NCBI GenBank assembly: GCA_025594325.1
Contig: JANHCV010000006.1
Coordinates: 992,001 to 1,056,000 of the forward strand
Source of the DNA: Blastocladiella emersonii ATCC 22665
Taxonomy: Eukaryota; Fungi; Blastocladiomycota
Direction of reading: 5' to 3'
DNA: 64,000 nt
Below are positions 35,301 to 46,800 of the stretch, piece by piece. A model generated the notes under the pieces. It saw only the letters and a program-made list of their open reading frames with translations. It was not told the DNA's origin and ran no database searches. How positions within the stretch are numbered: position 1 is the first letter of the stretch; every line of letters starts with the position of its first letter. Both the position numbers and the translations under genes were made by a program.

Positions 35301-36043
35301 GCTCGGCCGCGCCTGAGTCCTCCGCCGCCGTGCCCGAGGTCATGGCCCTCGAGGCCGAGGTCGAGGAGGACGACGACGAGCTCCCGCCGTCGGCCCTCTC
35401 GCCGCCGCCCGCCAAGCGCGTGCGCGTGTCGAGCCCCGTCGTCGCCATCGAGCCGGCCGTCGCTCCCGTCGCTGCCGCCGACGAGCCCGCGACGCCGACC
35501 ACGATCGGATCGCCCACCGTCCCCGCTGTGGCGGGCAGCGTCGCCGGCGAGTCGGTCGCGTCCAGCGTCGCGCCGTTCGGGTTCACCATGACGCCAACGC
35601 CGCCGCCGTCCGACGGGCCCGTCAGCGAGACGGGAAGCGTGCACGACGTCGATGTCGGCGCTGCGCGCACCGAGACGAGCGCTGCCGTTGCTGCTGCTGC
35701 CGCGGCGGCTGTCGTGGCCGCGGCTGCGACGCAGGTCGCCGCCCAGGTCGAGCCCGTCAAGGAGTCGGCGCCCGCGGCGGTCCCGCCACCGACGGCGGTC
35801 CCGGTCGTCGCCGCGCAGCTGCCGCCCAACTTCGTCATGCCGATCCTCATCAACCCGGTGTTCATCCTCGGCGCGTCGGCTGACACGGTGGCCGCGGTCA
35901 CGGCCGCGACGCAGCAGAAGGCGAGCGCCGCCGAGACGGCCAACGAGGTGGCGCGCGAGGTCGCGCAGGTCCTTGGCCGGTTGTTTGGCAGCGGGCCAGG
36001 AGGGATCCCGGCGTTGACCGGGCAGGTGCCGCGGCAAGAGTAG
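32358..36043 (+). CDS. SANTA-domain protein (KNL2/MIS18BP1-like) with a long disordered tail, intron 32430-32503
   Basis: Spliced N-terminus IHLKNWRIRK...YWCVVEGYLDSGKIWHSSVVARRIAPDAVATFTGSVYRLHG...FAHGFPADWAALL follows the SANTA signature (L-x-x-W ... VEG ... WHSS ... T-x-S/T-GS-x-Y-x-L-x-G ... F-x-x-GFP-x-x-W). Further introns in the low-complexity part cannot be excluded. Confidence 0.8.
33968..34003 (+). repeat. (ACCGCG)6 coding microsatellite encoding (Thr-Ala)6
   Basis: Seen directly, in frame within the SANTA-protein ORF. Confidence 0.9.
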
Positions 36044-36688
36044 GTGCGGAGGGAGGCGAGGTGACGGTTTGCGTATATCAGAAAACACTTTTATTGACGT
36101 CGAGCGTGGTCCACGCACTGTTTGAGGTGAGCAGCGAGGACCTGAGCGGAGGGAGGCCTGAGCGGACGCTGGAACGTGAGCTCCTCGCTCTCTTTCCAGG
36201 CGCTTCACTCCCTCGCCGAACAACTCGGCACATGTTTCCGAACCGCCATCACCGCTGCTGCAGAGGGCGCGCCAGCACGTTGCGCGGCCAACAGGTCGCG
36301 GCGGTGCCTTGCAAGACCAGTCGTTTCGCTGTCCCACGGCAGGGGTTCTGCCCACGGGAACCGAGCAGCCGATGTCACCAATGAATCCGCGAAACCTGAT
36401 TTATGCAGCAAGAACAATTGAGCGGTGTCACTCGAATGTGTCATGGATGGCAGCCGACATATTCTACTATCGCACGCAAGCGGGGGTTTGGGTATTGATG
36501 GCAGGCATGATGCTGCAGCCTGAGACAGTTGCAAGCGTCCGCGTTTGAGTCCGGATTCACCTGGAAAGCCAGCTCGCGGGCAAGCAGCCAGTTAACGATG
36601 GAGACACGCCTCTGAAAGAAGAACAAGTTGGTCCCCCTGTTGGCGACTTGACTTCATGCCACCTTGCAAAACGTGAGACTGCTGCGAG

Positions 36689-36737
36689 ACGCGTCGCGAT
36701 ATCACGTGAGCATCTTGAGACGCGTTTCGCGACGCGT
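36689..36737. promoter_or_regulatory. Cluster of three ACGCGT (MCB-like) sites plus CACGTG upstream of the kinase gene
   Basis: ACGCGT at 36689, 36720 and 36732, CACGTG at 36703, and an E2F-like TTTCGCG overlapping. Lies in an AT-richer intergenic stretch ~350 bp upstream of the ATG at 37082. Confidence 0.3.
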
Positions 36738-37081
36738 TTCGGGGCCGCTCGTGAGCGGATAATCAGTTTTGAGTCATGGTTGCATATTATTCACCTTAAA
36801 ATGAGAAGTGCTCGCGGGCGGGTCGTCGGCCCTGGTCAACTGGGTGCCGCTCAAGTGCACGTCCACTCTCGCGACGTCTCCCTCCTCGCACGGCGTGTCC
36901 CGCGTCTCGCACCCAGCACCACGGCCAAGTCGGAAGCGCGAGGGAGCCAGTCAGTTTGTTTTGCAATCGGAGCGCGCTTCAGATCCCCGCTCGAACCAGT
37001 TCACGATCAAATGCGAATGAAGTCCGCCTGAGCACAACTTGCTCCGCACCGACTGCAACGCTACCAACCGCCCTTGCTGAT

Positions 37082-39502
37082 ATGAGCCACCAATCACTCC
37101 TCGTCCCGGGCGCGGGTGATCCCGGCGGTGGAGGCGAGAAGCGGAGATCGCGCAAGTCGAGCTTCACGCAGTTCTTCTCAGGCGGCGGCAGCGGGAGCCC
37201 GACCTCGCGCGATGCGCCGTCTCCACCCGCCATCCACCCACCTGCGCATCACGAAAAGACGCCCGGATCATTCACGCTGTCGCCCATCACCATCTCGTCG
37301 GCGCTCACGTCCATGGGCGGCAGTGGCGGGACCGAGTCGATAGCGGCCACGTCGATGCCGATGCTCGCCCACCCGAGCGAGACCGAGGACAAGAGCCCGC
37401 GGCCCCGGTTTGCGACTGCCGCGGCCAACAGTGCCAAAGGCGAGAAGAAGCACCTGAGCCTGTTCGGCGGTGTCAAGAAGAAGAAGCTCATGGGGACCAG
37501 CAGCGGCGGCATGTCGCCTCCACCCTCAACGGCGTCTGGAGCTGGCGCGGCCGACGAGAAGCGCAAGAAGATGATCGGGACGCCGTTCAACTTTGAGCGC
37601 AAGGTGCACGTCGATGGCCAGCTCAACTGGTTCGGCGACTCGGAGGATCCGGCGGACCTGTTCACGCTCGAGGAGAAGCTCGGGGAGGGGTACGCTAACG
37701 ACTTTCAACGCTCGCCCATACCGCTCGAACTGACAAATCTGTCCGTGTAGCGCGTTCGGCTGCGTGTACCGCGGCATCCTCAAGCAGACCGGCTTCGTGC
37801 TCGCCGTCAAGGAGATCACGCTGCACGAGGTGCGCGGGCGGCCGGGCGCGACCGAGCAGCTGGCCATGATCGAAAAGGAGATCTCGGTGCTCAAAAAGTG
37901 CGTGCACCGGAACACGGTCCAGTACTACGGCTGCTGCCGCCGCGCCGCTAACCGGATCTGGATCCTGACCGACTTTTGCGGCGGCGGGTCCATGTCCGAC
38001 ATCCTCGCCCTGCTCGCGGCGCAACCACCCGTCGACTCGCCCGCCTCACCGTCGAACGCATCGCCTGGCGGGTTCCCGTCGACGGTCGTCCTGCAGCGCC
38101 AGCAACTCGCGGGCGCGAGGGCCGCGTTCCGCGCGTGTCCGAGCGGGCTCACCGAGTCCGAGGTGGCTGCCGTCGCGGGCGGTGCGCTCGAGGGATTGGC
38201 GTTCCTGCACGGCAAGGGCATCATTCACCGGTACGCCGTCGTGACACCATGTCCCCGCGCCTCAGTTTCTAACGCGCCTCACGAACGTGTAGCGATCTCA
38301 AGGCCGCCAACATCCTGCTCACGTCGACGGGCGAGGTCAAGATCGCCGACTTTGGCGTGTCGGAGCAGCTCACGACGACGGCCAAGAACCGCAACACGGT
38401 GGTCGGCACGCCGCTGTGGATGTCGCCCGAGGTGATCCAGGGCGCCGACTACTCGCTCGCCGCGGACGTATGGTCGTTCGGGATCACGGTCATCGAGGCG
38501 ACGGACGGCGCGCCGCCGCACTTTGACGAGCACCCGATGCGCGTCCTGTTCAAGATCCCGCACCTGCCCGAGCCCACGGTCGCGCACCCCGAGGCGTGCT
38601 CGCCCGTCCTCGTCGACTTCATCGCGCGCTGCCTGCGTAAGATCCCCGCGGACCGCGCGACGGCGACGGAGCTCCTCGCGCACGCGTTCGTCGCGCCGTT
38701 CGTCGGTCAGCACGGCGCGGCCGCGCGGAGCGTCGTGCTCGGGACCCGCGCGCCGCAGTGGGCCGCTGCGCTCCGTGCCGCTCGGACGGCTACGGCTGCG
38801 GTCGGCGCGCCGTCGCCGCACGATGATATCGCGGCCGAGTTCAATGCGCAAGGTGCGGCGGGTGGTGACGCGGACGGCAGCTGGGAGGCCGTTGGCGAGC
38901 GCTCGACGGCTGACGAGGAGCAGAACGACGATGCGGCGGGTGGCATGGTCGAGTCGCAGACGGTCATCTTCCACGGTCAGGACGACGACGAAGCGGTGCC
39001 GGCCGAGTCACCGGCAGCAGCGGCTGACGCGGTGGTCGATGCCTCGGCGACCGTCGTCGTGTACCCGACGGTCATCGAGATCCAGGCCGCCAAGGCGGCG
39101 ACGTTGCCGCGCGCCTTCTCCAAGGAGGCCTCGCCACCGCCACAACCGGCCGCGTCAGCACCAGCACCGGTTGCTGATCCAACACTAGTACCAGAGCCGG
39201 TTCCTCAAGCCGAGGTCGTCACCGCAACAGACTCGCCGTCGCCGCCGCCAAGGCCGCCGTCGTGGGCGGCGCGGATCCACCCGGTGCTCAGCCAGCTGCA
39301 CGAGCGCGTGGAGCGCGTGTGCGCTCCGTTGATCCAGCAGTACGTGGTCCCGCTCCGCGCCGCCCTGGGCCCGACGCTGCAGCACGCGCCGAGCGGCGTC
39401 GGCGTGCACGTCCTGTACGTCTCGGTGATCCTCGGGATGCACTTCTACTACTCGCACCAACTTCAAGCCGTGCGGCTCCAGGTGGCCCCAAGCGTGTCGT
39501 AG
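37082..39502 (+). CDS. STE20-group kinase with an MST/GCK-II-like catalytic domain, N-terminal CRIB-like motif and C-terminal hydrophobic segment, 3 exons
   Basis: LFTLEEKLGEG|AFGCVY, LAVKEI, NTVQYYG, HR|DLKAANILL, KIADFGVSEQL, RNTVVGTPLWMSPEVI, HPMRVLFKIP. Introns ~37690-37750 and ~38231-38292. Confidence 0.9.
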
Positions 39503-39680
39503 GCGGTGTTGCATGGAGACAATATCATTCGATTTACATGGAAAGGGCACTGAGCAACGGGCCACGTGAGGGCGACGCAAATCGACGCGCCACGCGACTG
39601 GCGGGCCGGGTGCATCGCTCAGCGATCGCGGTCTGTGCATCGGGACCTACAACACCCTCACTCATTGCAACGTAACTCAA

Positions 39681-40920
39681 ATGTCAAGCAATTGGAAGAA
39701 GCTGCAGGCGAAGCTCAAGACCGAGGCACCTACCGTGTCGGCTGAGAAGACGGCCAAGCAGCAGGCCGAGGCCGCCGCGGCTGCCGAGGCGGTCGCCCGC
39801 GCTGTGGCTGCCGTTGCCGCATCCTCGGCTGCTGAGACGGCCGAATCCGAGGAGCCCGCTGCCGACGGTGTGGACCCGGATCGCCATGGTGGGAGCGACG
39901 ACGACGACCGGTCCGACGGCGACGACGAGGGCGAGGACCTCTTCGACGCGCTCGCCAAGGGCAAGGCTGGCGACCTGCCAACGCACTCCATGACGACCGC
40001 GGCGACGCGCATTCCGGTCTCGTTCCGCCCCGCCGAGGGCGAGGTGATCCCGACGACGATTGCGGGATGGTTCGACTACCTCGACGCCAAGGAGGGCAGT
40101 CTGGGCGACAAGACCAAGGCGGGCAAGTACGTGGCGCTCGACTGCGAGATGGTGGGCGTCGGGCCCGAGGGCGCCGAGTCGGCGCTCGCGCGCGTGTCGG
40201 TGGTCAACTACCACGGGCACGTTCTGCTGGACACGTTCGTGCAGCCGGGCGAGACGGTGACCGACTACCGCACGGCGTTCTCGGGGATCACGCCGCAGCT
40301 GCTGGTCGGCGCGCCGTCGTTCAAGTCGGTGGTCAAGAAGGTGGCCGAGATCCTCAAGGACAACCGGATCCTGGTCGGGCACTCGCTGCGCAACGACTTT
40401 GACGCGCTGCTGTTCGAGCACCCGAAGCACCTCGTCCGCGACACGGCGCGGTACACGCCGATCCAGACAGACCTGCGCACCAACTCGCCGTCGCTGCGCC
40501 GCCTCGCCGAGCACTACCTCGGGCTCACGATCCAGTCCGGGTCGCACGACTCGGTCGAGGACGCGCGCACCACCATGCTCGTGTTCCGCGTCCACAAGGA
40601 CGAGTGGGAGCAGTACCTGACCAAGCTCAACAAGTACGTCGTGTCGCCCGTGTTGCGCACACTCGTCCAAGAAACTGACCACCGATGACTGCGTGTGTAG
40701 GGGCGAGATCAAGCTGGCCATGAACTCGAAGCGGAAAAAGTCGGCCGCCCACTGGGACCGCGTGCGCACCGGCGGTGCCAAGCGCCGGCGCACGGGCGAG
40801 GACGGCCAGGGCGAGGGCGCCGCCAACTCTGGAGCATCCTCCGCAGCGCCGAAGCGGCAACATCGCGGCGGCCGCGGTGGCCGCGGCGGCAACAACCGGA
40901 AGCCGATCGGCGGCAAGTAG
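39681..40920 (+). CDS. REX4: RNA exonuclease 4 (DEDDh 3'-5' exonuclease), 2 exons
   Basis: MSSNWKKL N-terminus, YVALDCEMVGVG, LARVSVVNYHG, ILVGHSLRNDF, RDTARY, PSLRRLA, IQSGSHDSVEDAR. Intron 40634-40700. Basic C-terminal tail. Confidence 0.93.
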
Positions 40921-41448
40921 ACGCCCGCCCGGTGGCCAAGCGTGTGTGTACCATGTAGCCCTGTAATAACACTCCCTCCCTTTTGCCTCACCCTCGTCGA
41001 GCAGAGCTCGCTGAGCCACCCATGGTGGCGGCCACGCGTCGTGTTTGAGAGGAGGCGACCTAGCTCGGAAGCTCGGGGACAGAATTTGCCCGCCAGGCCG
41101 AGCGCGTCCCCAAAAACCCAAGTTTCCGTCACGTTTCCGCATTTCCGCGACCTGACCCGGCCGAGCGGCTGGCCGAGCGGCGCCACGGCAGAGGCGCGTC
41201 TCGCGACGTGCGGCTGCCGATCCGCCTGCTGCCTTCCCCCTTGCCCGCCCTGCTCCCACGGACCCTCGCACTCGCCCTTCCTCTCTCTCCCGCCCGGCCC
41301 CAACAGCAGTTGCGGCAGCAGCGTCCCTGCACTCATTCCCCTCACGCATTGCACATGTATGTCCGCCTGCTCTCGGCTCGCCCGACGACGATGAATGCTC
41401 GCTTACGATGACCCCGGCGAGCCTAGCCCCCACCAACCAGCAGCTACA

Positions 41449-42384
41449 ATGCAACCGGACGCCCACGCCTCGGCCACGGATGCGGCGCTGAACCCCACCA
41501 AGCTGTGGACGCCGTCGCCGGCGCTGCTGGCGACCTCGCAGATGACGCAGTTTGCCGATTTCGTGGCGACGAAGCGCGCGCTGCCCGAGGTCCGGTTCGC
41601 CGGCAAGGCGGGCAAGGGCGGCAAGGGGTACCCGGCGCTGTACGAGTACTCGGTGTCGCGCGTGTCCGACTTCTGGATCGACGTGGCCGAGTTCACGGGC
41701 CTGCGGTGGGCAACCAAGCCGGCCAAGAACGCGGCCGCCGTCGACGAGGGCGCGCCCATGGACGCGTTCCCCGACTGGTTCCCGACGGGGCGCCTCAACT
41801 TTGCCGAGAACATCCTGCGCGGCAGCGTGCACCCGGACCGCGCCGCGCCCGCCGACGCGACCGCCATCATCGCCACCACCGAGGAGCTGCACCTCGAGAA
41901 GGTGACGCGCGCCGAGCTCACCGAGAAGGTGCGCGCCATGGCCGCGGCGTTCGCGGCCGCCGGCGTCACGGTCGGCGACCGCATCGGCGGGTACATTGCC
42001 AACTGCACCGAGGCCATCGTCGCCATGCTCGCCGCCGCGTCACTCGGCGCCATCTGGTCGTCCACGTCGCCCGACTTCGGCGTCACGGGCGTGCTCGACC
42101 GCTTCTCGCAGATCAAGCCCAAGATCCTCTTCTCGATCAACGCCGTCTACTACAACGGTAAGGTGCACGACCACCTCGGCAAGCTCGCACAGGTCGCGGC
42201 GGGGCTCGGCGACTCGGTCGAGCGCATCGTCGTGATCCCCTTCATTGCCGGCCACACCATGGACCTGAGCAAGGTCGGCGCCAAGGCCGTGTCGCTCAAC
42301 GCGTTCCTCGCGTCGGGCCGCGCCGGGTACGAGCTGTCGTTTGTGCCGCTGCCCTTCAAGCACCCGCTGTACATTCTCTTTTCG

Positions 42385-42416
<32 letters not shown>

Positions 42417-43524
42417 GCACTCGGCCGGCGGTACCCTGCTGCAGCACCTCAAGGAGCACGTCATCCACGGCAACCTCGGCCGCAACGACGTGTTCCTGCA
42501 GTACACGACCACGGGCTGGATGATGTGGAACTGGCTGGTCGGCGCCCTCTCCGTCGGCGCCACGATCGTGCTGTACGACGGGTCGCCGTTCAAGCCCGCC
42601 AACGACGTGCTGTTCCAGCTCGCCGAGCGCACGGGCGTCACGGCGTTCGGCACCTCGGCCAAGTACATCCAGTCGCTGCAGGACCTCAAGGTCGACACGT
42701 CCAAGTTCGACCTGTCCAAGCTGCACAGCATCTACTCGACGGGCTCGCCGCTCAAGCCCGAGTCGTACGATTTCGTGTACGCGAGCATCAAGAAGGACCT
42801 GCTGCTCGGCAGCATCACGGGCGGCACCGACATCATCTCGCTGTTCGCCGGGCACAACACCAACCTGCCCGTGTACCGCGGCGAGCTGCAGTGCGCGAGC
42901 CTCGGGATGCAGATCGAGGCGTGGAACGACAAGGGCAAGCCCGTGTGGGGCGCGGCGGGCGACCTCGTGTGCGTCAAGGTGTTCCCGTGCATGCCCGTCT
43001 TCTTCTGGGCCGACCCGGACATGGCCAAGTACCGCAAGGCGTACTTTGAGGACTTCAAGCACATTTGGTCGCACGGCGACTTCGTCTTCTTCAACCCCAA
43101 CACCCAGGGCGTGGTGATGCTCGGGCGGTCCGACGGCACGCTCAACCCGTCGGGCGTCCGGTTCGGGTCGGCGGAGCTGTACAACATCATCGACCAGTTT
43201 CCGCAGGTGGCCGACTCGCTGGTCGTGGGCCAGAAGGTGGGCGACGACGAGCGCGTCATCATGTTCCTGCAGATGCCCGACGGCAAGAAGCTCGAGGCCG
43301 AGCTCGTCAACGCCATCAAGGCCAAGATCCGCACCCAGCTGTCGCCGCGCCACGTCCCCGCCGTCATCGTGCAGGTCCCCGACATCCCTTACACCATCAA
43401 CGGCAAGAAGGTAGAGGTCGCCGTCAAGCGCATCATCTCGGGCGAAACGGTCATCCCCTCGGGCACCCTGCGCAACCCCGAGTCGCTCGACATCTACTAC
43501 AAGATCCCCGAGATCAAGCTGTAA
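41449..43524 (+). CDS. AACS: Acetoacetyl-CoA synthetase (AMP-forming), intronless
   Basis: [103 protein letters not shown]. The start could alternatively be 41395. Confidence 0.95.
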
Positions 43525-43826
43525 TGTGATCGCCGGGAAGAGAGAGAGGTGGGCGCGTTGGGTGCCCGCGGAGTCGCGTTGCTGCTGAGGCTGTTGTTAC
43601 TAGTCGGCCAGGTCCGTCCCCTTGTTTATACTGTGATACATTTGTTTTCGTCCTCGAAAATTAGTTGACACGGTCACGTGGCGGTCAGGAGAACACGCGT
43701 CGATCAAGTGGCGCGACGCGACGCTTTTCCCAGCCGGCCCTTTCGCTGCCCGCCGTCCCGGCCTCCCTCTCTCTCCACTTCCTCTCAAGCAACGGCCCAT
43801 GTAACTTACACTCGCCGCACTCTACG

Positions 43827-46800
43827 ATGCCACCACCACCGCCACCACCACCGCCCCCTCCGGCGCCATCCGGCAACGGCGGCGCGCGCGGCCTCGGCGG
43901 CGACCCCCGCCGCCCCTCGATGCGCGCAGTCCCCGACCGGCCGCCACAACTGCCACACGCGGGCTCCTCGGCGTCATCCAGCGCAACCGGCTCCGAAGAT
44001 TCACTCAACGGCAGCACGCGCCCGGGCGGCCGCCAGCACCTCACCATCAACCCGGCGTGGGACACGGGTCCGGGCGCGACGCTCGCGCCCGCCTCGCTCG
44101 TGGGGCCGGGGCTTTCCTCGCTCTCGCGCAACGGCAGCCTCAACTCGCTCGTCATCACCCCCAAGGCCGTGGGACCAACGCGCGAGGCCGCGCGCCGCAA
44201 CTCGGTCTTCAACATGTCGGCCGCGCCATCGCGCGCGGGCAGTCTGACGAACGTCGGACCCGCCGCGGCCGCGTCGCCGTCGGACGGCCCGTCGCCGTTC
44301 ACCTCGAACTCGGCGCTCCCGCCGATCGCGGGCACACGGCCAGCGGATCGCTCGCGCGCTCGCGCATTATGGGAGCTCATTCGGACGTTTGTGGTGCGCT
44401 TTCTGGGCACTCGTCTTCATAGTAAGGTGGCCGCTAACGAGCCTCGTATCGTAGTCCCGTCGCTTCTTCACCACGTTCATGACGGGCACCGCCGTCAACG
44501 ACGGCAACGCCTACTACACGCAAATGCAGACGACGTGGGCCGCCCTGCGCGAGCAGCAGCGGCGCGTCCTGTCCCGCATCGACTCGGCGCGCGGCAGCAG
44601 CAGCAGCAGCAGCGACGACGATTCGCCGCTCTTTGACTCGTTCGGCTTCGGCGACGAGAGCGGCAGCGACTACGACGAAGAAGACAACGGACCTGGACAC
44701 GATCTCCGCCCATCGACGAGTACCGGGTGGGACCGGTCCAGCAACGCGCTCGCGGGCGGACCGCGCGCCGCGACGTCGTCCGGCAGCAGTTCCGGCGGGC
44801 TCTCGTCGACCGCGTCCGATCTCCTCGCCGGCATGAGCCTTGACCGGCTCCGCGACCCGGCGCCGTTCGACCTCGCCAACACGCTCGCCCTCATCATCCA
44901 GGGCCTCCAGCCGCACGCGCAGGCGTCGACCAACGGCAACGACTGGGAGGGCGGCCGCGGGCCCGCGACCGACGCCAACGGGAACCCCGTCCCCGCTGCC
45001 AACGACGCGTCCGGCGGCCCACCCGGTGCGGCCAGCGCCGCATCCTCGCGCACGTCCGAGCTCTACTTTGCCCAGCAGCACCACCTGACCGCGTGGCGGA
45101 TCATGGTCCTGTCGCTGCGCATGAGCGAATCGGCGCATCGCCGCCTTGGCCTCGCCGCGCTCGCGGCCGTGGCCCCCGCGCTGCAGCAGACGTGCATCGA
45201 CAACGACACGCGCGACATGCTCGCCGAGGCGCTGCTCGCCGTCACGGTCGGCGACGAGCGGCTGACCAACCGCCTGCACGCGATCCACGTCCTCGGCGAC
45301 CTGTACGGCCTGTACCTGCGCACGTCCGAGGACGACGCGGCCGCGGTGCTCGCGTCCGCGACCCACGGCGCCACGGGCGGCGGCGGGAGTATCTCGGCGC
45401 GCGTGTTCCAGGCGCTCATCAAGATGCTCCATGAGATCCAGTGCCGCGAGCGACGCATGCTCGAGGCCGATCTCGGCGCTGAGCTTGCTTCGCCGGCCGC
45501 GGGTGCGCGGCCGAGTACCGTAGCGGCGACCGCGGCGGCCGCGGCCAAGCTCAACCGCGAGCAGCTCGTCGTAAAAATGTACCTCTTCTCGGCGCTCGGA
45601 AAGTTCCTCAAGTCCGAGATCGAGCCCGAGTGGATCAAGGCCACGGTCCTCTACATGATCTGGGCCGAGCTCGAGTACATCTTCCCCACGTTCCGCCACC
45701 TCGACGAGTATCTCGGCATGATGGAGGTGATCATGCGCATCTTGACCTCGGTACAATCTCTCGCTTGTGGCGCGAGTGGATCGGCGTGCTGACACTGGCC
45801 ACGGCAATACTTGTAGATCCAGGGCAACGAGACCAACCGGACCTTCATGGGCGCCATGTTCAAGTCGCGCATCCAGCCGCTCATGATCATCAACCGCAAG
45901 AAGCCGTCGGCGACCGACCCGCCGCCCGCCCTCGCCGAGGCCCTGCAGCGGCTCGCCGTCCAGTTCACGGCACTCTGGCTGCCCATCACGCGCGACGGCG
46001 CCAACGCGTCGGCGTGGACCATGCTCCTCGAGGGCATGCGGTACCTCCCCGACCCGACCGACTCGACTGTCGCTACCGACCGGTCCCTCCTCAACGCGCG
46101 CCTCCGCGACGAGGCCTCGCGCAGCGTCACCCGCACCCGCGTCCTCTGGCAGCTCTTGCAGATGCCCAGCCTGACGTGCCGCCTCCAGCGCGTCCCCGGC
46201 GCGCCGCGCGGCTGGTTCGCGACTCCCGACGAGTCAGTCGAGATGGACCAGTCGGACTTGGGTGGCGCGGGCGACGTTGCGGCCGCGGCGTCAACGGGTG
46301 ATTCGGCCGCACGCGCGACGCGGACCGTCAGCACCTGTAACATGCCGCTCACGTCGGGCATCGCCGTGTACCTTCCCGACGGCGGCACGCCGACCTCGGG
46401 CACCGCGGCGCGCCACGCGCTGCACTCGGACACCATCGTCTACATCACGCGCCCGCTGCCGCCGCTGCCGGGCGTCCCGACCAACGCCACGACGCAGCCG
46501 CCCATCTTCATGGACCCGAGCTGGGCATCCAAGGTCGCCACGTCGGCCGCCGGACAGTACGAGGCCGCCGAGCGCACCGGCCGCGTGCCGTGCCTCCCGG
46601 CCGGCTACACGTACTCGCCGGCGCCGCTCCCGGCTGCCACGGCGGGCTCGGCCGCGGTCGCGGTCCCGCAGGGCAAGGTGCTCGCGTCGCCGCGCCCGAC
46701 CGAGGGCCGCGCGGGGATCCGCATAGGCGTCGGCATGAACGAGCTCCCGCCCCCGCGCAAGGTCCCGTTCGGGTTCGTCACGCGCCCGATCAACGTCGAC

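Noticed and set aside
36060-36640. Short ORFs in the AT-richer spacer between the SANTA gene and the kinase
   Set aside because: Short, lacking the genome's codon bias and any recognisable motif; treated as intergenic.
43664-43677. RFX X-box upstream of the giant ciliary-like gene (gttgacacggtcac)
   Set aside because: Three to four mismatches to the GTTRCCATGGYAAC consensus; not distinguishable from chance.
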